From the human T2T-CHM13v2.0 reference genome, Homo sapiens: a DNA stretch of 64,000 bases. Shown one piece after another: positions 56,769 to 64,000 of the stretch (position 1 is its first letter; every line of letters starts with the position of its first letter). Made by a program: the position numbers and the translations under genes. Where the stretch lies: the NCBI RefSeq assembly GCF_009914755.1, contig NC_060927.1. One strand, 5' to 3'. The notes beneath the pieces were generated by a model. It did not search any database. It saw only the letters and a program-made list of their open reading frames with translations, and had not been told where the DNA came from.

Positions 56769-56920
56769 TTAGCTGAGTTTTGAAGGCTATAATTGACATC
56801 TATTGATGGGTGAATCATATAATCTAAGAGCTAGAAGGGGTGTTAGAAACCTTCTATGTAAGCCCTCATTTTGCCATCAAGGAAAAGGTGACCTGTATGA
56901 CTCATTAAACGTCAAGGGTA

Positions 56921-58730
<1,810 letters not shown>

Positions 58731-60072
58731 TTAGTTTTGTCTGACTTAGAATTTCATGTAAATGGAAACTGTCTGTTCAGAGCTCTTCTTTTTATTTAAG
58801 TCAGATTTGTTGAGGTATAACTTATACACAGTAAAATCCATCCCTTTGAATGCACATATCTATGAGTTTTGACAAACATATGGAGTTTGATCACCAACAC
58901 CACCCAATAAAGATGTGGAACACTTCCATCACCTCCCAAAATTGCTGTCATTTGAGGTTAGAGTTTAAGGGACAGAGACCTGTTTGAGAAAGATGAATTC
59001 AGATTAATGCAGGAATCCACAGCATGCTGTGGAAACGGCTTGATTTAGGAGTTAATAAAAATGAAGATGACCAAACTAGTGATATCTGACCTGCCAAAGG
59101 GGATATCTGTTAATAGCAAGAAGAAATTTATGAGGAATGAATCAAGAAATTTTAAAATACAGGGCCATTGTGTATTTTGAATATTCTAGCTATTTAAGGG
59201 TCTAAAGTTTTCTGAAATTTTACAGTTGTATTTCATTTAGAATTATATTGGGGCTATTGAATTTACTTCTGATTGTTACCTCTGAAATTACTGCCTTCTG
59301 TGTAAAACAGCATGGGGAGAGGACCAATATAGACAGAACACACACACACACACTTTGTGCCATACCCTAAGGCAGGTGGGGACACCTTATCATAGAAGAG
59401 TCTGTCATAGGCACCCCGTTTGCTTCAACCTGGAAGAATTTCTCAAGGTGTTACAGATTGATTTGTTGCCTTGATTAGTTTAAATGCTCACAAGTGCATT
59501 TTAAAAAGAAGACAACCTAGCTGCAAAAAGAAGAGAGAAATATCATAACTCTATAATACAAGAGAAATAAATCAATGTAGGGAATACATTTGGGACAGCA
59601 GCTTCAACAGTCGATTGCACAAAATGGCAGGTAGCAAAAGTGAGCCACAAATGCCCAGACCATTTTTTTCTATTATTATGTTGTGTAGGCCAACTGAATG
59701 GAGTCCTAATTTTATACAACTGAAACTGAGGACTCTTACTGTCCAGGCAGCGTAATCAGAGTAGATCAAAACATTTTACGTGGGTTCCCTGCAAATTCCC
59801 AGAATTGAATATACCCAAGAAAATACAAGCTTTGTGTCTATATGTACATGCAAAGCCATATCCCCAATCTATGTTTCAAATAGACATTTTGTATACTTCT
59901 ATGGAGGGTTTATGAGGTGGCATGTGAATAAAAATTAAATATGCATGTGTTTTGGTTTTATGGACTCTAAACTTGATTAAATAATTAAGCATTAGCTTAT
60001 TGCACATTATGTTGTCCTTCTGTTTTTCTGTTCTACGATGCTTCAATTTGATTGCCAACTGGCAAGAAGCAA

Positions 60073-60382
60073 CTTTTTTTTTTTTTTTTTTTTTTAAGAC
60101 AGGTTCTCTCTCTGTTGCCCAGGCTGGAGTGCAAAGGCTTGATCGATCATGGCTCACTGCAGCCTCGACCTCCCAAAAGCAGGTGATCCTCCCACCTCAG
60201 CCTCCCAAGGTAGCTGGGACTGCAGGCACACACCACAAAGCCTGACTAATTTTTAAAATATTTTTGCAGAGATGGGGTCTCATTGTGTTTCTCAGGCTGG
60301 TCTCAAACTCCTGGGATCAAGCAATCTTCCTATCTCAGCCTCCCAAAGTGCTGGGATTATAGGTGTGAGCCACTGGGCCCAA
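60073..60382 (-). mobile_element. AluJ
   Basis: 'tcatggctcactgcagcctcgacctccc'. TSD gcaagaagcaa at 60062-60072 and 60383-60393. Confidence 0.93.
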
Positions 60383-61559
60383 GCAAGAAGCAATTTTCAA
60401 TGGAGAGAAGGTTTGCTTCTAGATATGATGGAGAGTTATCATAAGGAAGAAAATTGCAGAAGAAAAGGAAGACAACAGGGGGCTTGTGGCTTGGGAGGAA
60501 AGAAAAAGAATGTGTCTGGAAGCAGGGCGAGTGTGGATAAATGTTCATCCATGATGATAGGCAGAGACAAATAATAATAACATCAGAAATATTTTTTGGA
60601 TGTTACCTTGTAAAAGACTGAATTGAAGTAGAATTTAATTTGATATTAAACTTCAAGTGGCCTCATATTTTTCTTCAAAAGCATACATATATTTGGTTTC
60701 TGAAAGTAACTGAGATACAATCTCCCAATTCCCCCTTCCCCTTTGTAATCCATCGGCTGTGAATCATGCCTGGGGGGCTCTCAGAAGGCCTTCACCAAGT
60801 AATGATGTGTCAACTTCAACTCGGGTTTTTATGGCAGATTTTATGAAGAAGAAAAAATAACTGTTATTATTAAACTGAGAGTGACTAGCATTATCACTGA
60901 CATGTTTCTTGAAATGCAAACACTGCCACCATTTTAACACATGTACATTTTGTCTATGGTTCTTTTGTCTTGGTATGCTAAGGATTGCTTCTCTTTATAA
61001 CTTATTCTAGTTCAGGTAAATTGAGAGAGTGTGATGCAGTCTCAGTCTAAGGGAGATGGCACACCAGGCCACACTAGGGTCTAATCTCTTATTGAATATT
61101 CTATTAATCCCATATATATAGATAAGAAGAGTAGAAAGAAAATAGGAAATTAGGAAAGAAAAAAAGATATATAGAGAACACCTGTTATGTATGGTCGATG
61201 CAACCAAAGTTGCCCTCAGAATCAATGCAGGGCCATCCACCCACACTATATGTATTGGCATGAGTGAGAGCAGAACGAGCGACTGCCCTTGTGTGTCTAG
61301 AAGGTTTGGAGATACCCAAAATACCAATCAGTTATCCGGCAGTCATCTCAAGTTGACAAAAGTGCAAAGTGATGGATATTTTTTAGCAGAAATTACTTTT
61401 GTTGTATATTCTGTTTTGGAGAAACACAGAGTGAACAGAAAGGAGAGTAACAGGCAGATATTGTCAGGGCACATGGAAGCACCATTCAAGAAGAAGCAGA
61501 GCCTGACGGATCACAAGGCTTTGTTGAAAAGAGGAGGTTTTCTTGGCTAAGTGGCTCTG

Positions 61560-61923
61560 AGTTGTGCCGCTTCCAGAGCAAGCTTACACCCACAGTGAGT
61601 GTGGTAAATGTAAAGATGTGCCACACGGCCCCTTCAGGGTCAAGCCTTTCCCAGGGTAAGCGATGCTCAGTGACCCAGTGAAGCAGGAGTATGAAGGCCT
61701 GGTGATCTCAGTCCGACACTGGACAACAATGATGGATAGGACTTGTCCGGAGCTCCCTACTGGGTGGGCCAAGTCTTTGATAGGTCTGTCCTGCCTTATA
61801 ATTCAACTTCTCCCACTGCCCCTTCCTGATCCCTCCCCCTTCCATCATAGTTTTGATTCCTAATAAACATAGTGTACTCCTAATTGTTTCAGCATCTGCT
61901 TCCAGAGAATCCAACCTACAACA
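61560..61923 (+). mobile_element. LTR16A-like ERVL LTR
   Basis: 3' end 'ctaataaaca..tcagcatctgcttccagagaatccaacctacaaca'. Confidence 0.7.
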
Positions 61924-62679
61924 GTGAGTAAGTGTCTTAAACTTCTTTACCGGAGAGACATCTCTCGAGACATCTCAATATTTGAGACACCTGTTATTAT
62001 TTGAACTGCCTCTCAAATGACACCCTTTGTTCTCATTTCATGCTCACAATCAATCTTCCACTATTTGATTTACATGTGGTTTGGCTAATACAAAATGTGC
62101 TGATCAGGCCATCTTAAATATGTAGCTCACCTGACTGTTGTATTTTTCATTATAAATTAGTAAACTAGCCATTTGATAGGCGCAATCTCTGCAAACCTTA
62201 TTAAAATGGGATATGTACTCATTTTCAGAGTGCCTAAAAATTCAGTGTCCTGGGCCTATAAGATTCAGGACCAAAGTCTGACCATGACAAGTCAATGTCA
62301 CAGTCATGGATCCCTGCTATTTTGTCTGTCCGACATCCCATCCTCTGATGAACTCCTGCCTTCCATTATTTGGGATTCTTTTGGCTCTCAGTCACCAACA
62401 CCACCACAACAGGAGTAGGCCTGTGCCCCAATCTTGACCTTAATTCTTCTGGGAATTTGAATCTCCAGTGGAGATACAGGCAGAAGGCAGTTGCAGCTGA
62501 GTCATATAATGGCAGTGATGAAGAAATTGTCCTTAGATTCCTGGTACCGCATTTCCTAAAACCATCCTAGTTCCTGTAATTTCCAAACTGTGTTTTTTTT
62601 CAGCTCTCATTTCAATTCGTAAACTATCACATCAGTCTTCCAATAAACCCTTTTGCTTCTCAAGTTAGTCAATGTATTT

Positions 62680-63170
62680 GTCAGGTCTAACTAGGAAAAC
62701 AGAAACTGCTTTTGTGTTTTTGTACCAGATGCAGGGGTTTATAAATGGGTGATGAAAGATCTGTGAAGCCAACCTCACGCTGTGAAACAACCTAGAGATC
62801 AGCCATAGCAGGAAGCTACTGTCACCCTTAGGCTGGAGGGATAAAGGGAAAAAGTGGTGTTATCAGAATTAGGAGGCCAGAGTTGCCTGGAAGAAGTTGA
62901 AACCACAGTAGACCTATCTGGCAGAAACTAGAGCAATAAAAGAGACTTAGCTGCAGCAGGAGAAGCTGCTGGAGACAGAGAGGGAGAGAAGAAATACTGT
63001 GGCATCTCCCTTCTTCTTGCCTGCCACACTCCCACCAGTGCCTCTCATTAGATAAAGCCAGGTGACGTGGAAGCCGGGCTGACCAGATCAGCCTGATTGT
63101 GTTACAGAGTCCAGAGCCAGTACTGTCATGATGTGTTTCGGTCACCTCCCATGAAAAACCCTAACTGATA
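62680..63170 (-). mobile_element. Old ERVL-type LTR remnant (family uncertain)
   Basis: 'tgtcaggtctaactaggaaaacagaaac..gcaggaagctactgtcacccttaggctggaggg'. Confidence 0.4.
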
Positions 63171-64000
63171 ATAGCCATTGGGGGGCCTTCTGGTACAGGT
63201 ACCTTGTATTCTTTAAATGATCATTTGTACTATGAATTGTACACCTTATTGTAATGGCAATTATATGAACCAAGCATTGTGCCAGGAACTGTTTACATTC
63301 CTTCTTATAAAGTAAATCTAAATATCCAATATAAATTCATGTAGCTCCATGGCATTGGCATTAAGACAGGCTATTTTGGAATCATATCCATTCAAGACTT
63401 TTCACATACTACACAATAAAAGATGAGTTTAACCCTATTCTTTTAATATCTCTAAACTGATCATGTAGTGCCATGTGAATAAGAAATAAAACCTAGTTAA
63501 TTGTGTTCTAGGGAATGGAGAATAAAGAGCCAATTGTCAAAACTTCAAGGAATGCAGTTGTTTACTGTATTTTACAGGGTAAAAACAAGTATAGCTGGAA
63601 AGTTACTGTATGTACAATCAATTTGCTAATAGTACGTTTTTAAAATGTCTATTACTCCTTACAAATCCCTCTAATGACTTAGATTTCTATTTTTATTGTT
63701 GCTGTTTTACCTCTAATGCATGTTTCTTTTGTGATTTCATGAAATGAAGCTGTCTCATTGTAGGTTATGGGGTTATTTATCTTTGTAAATATCCAGCAGA
63801 AAAATCATACCTTTTATGGAAAAAATATTTTTAGAGATTGTTCCAAAGCAAGTTGCCTATGAAGTTTTTCTCCCTGGCCTCTTGGCATCATAAGGATACA
63901 ATTTTTAAAACTGCTAAGGCTACAGATTTTCAATTTTATTCTTCCCTATGGAAAATTACAGAAGAAAACAGATGCTTTAAAAAGAAAAATAAGCCTACCT

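Overview
Primate (most likely human or ape) non-coding genomic DNA, dominated by interspersed repeats. It contains a near full-length L1PB with target-site duplications (TSDs), many older L1M and younger L1PA fragments, about 12 Alus (J, S and Y), MaLR/ERVL/ERV1 LTRs, hAT and piggyBac DNA-transposon relics, MIR/L2 and microsatellites. I find no supportable protein-coding gene; nearly all ORF-track entries are L1/Alu/simple-repeat artefacts or chance ORFs. The most unusual structure is at ~6.5-9.5 kb. An apparently polyadenylated, retrocopy-like segment there contains a ~680 bp mosaic insertion (7865-8544) built from pieces copied from within ~1.6 kb: a 200 bp direct copy, a 22 bp copy, snap-back micro-inversions, stuttered target sequence and a 400 bp inverted copy. 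The inverted copy creates a ~95% identical long hairpin. Other items of note are an ORF-less L1MA with both ends, TSDs and a short 3' transduction, an intact MER85 with the PGBD3-binding palindrome, and a strong candidate non-coding exon at 24061-24330. Repeat subfamily names come from recalled consensus sequences and identities were counted by eye; nothing was searched or computed.
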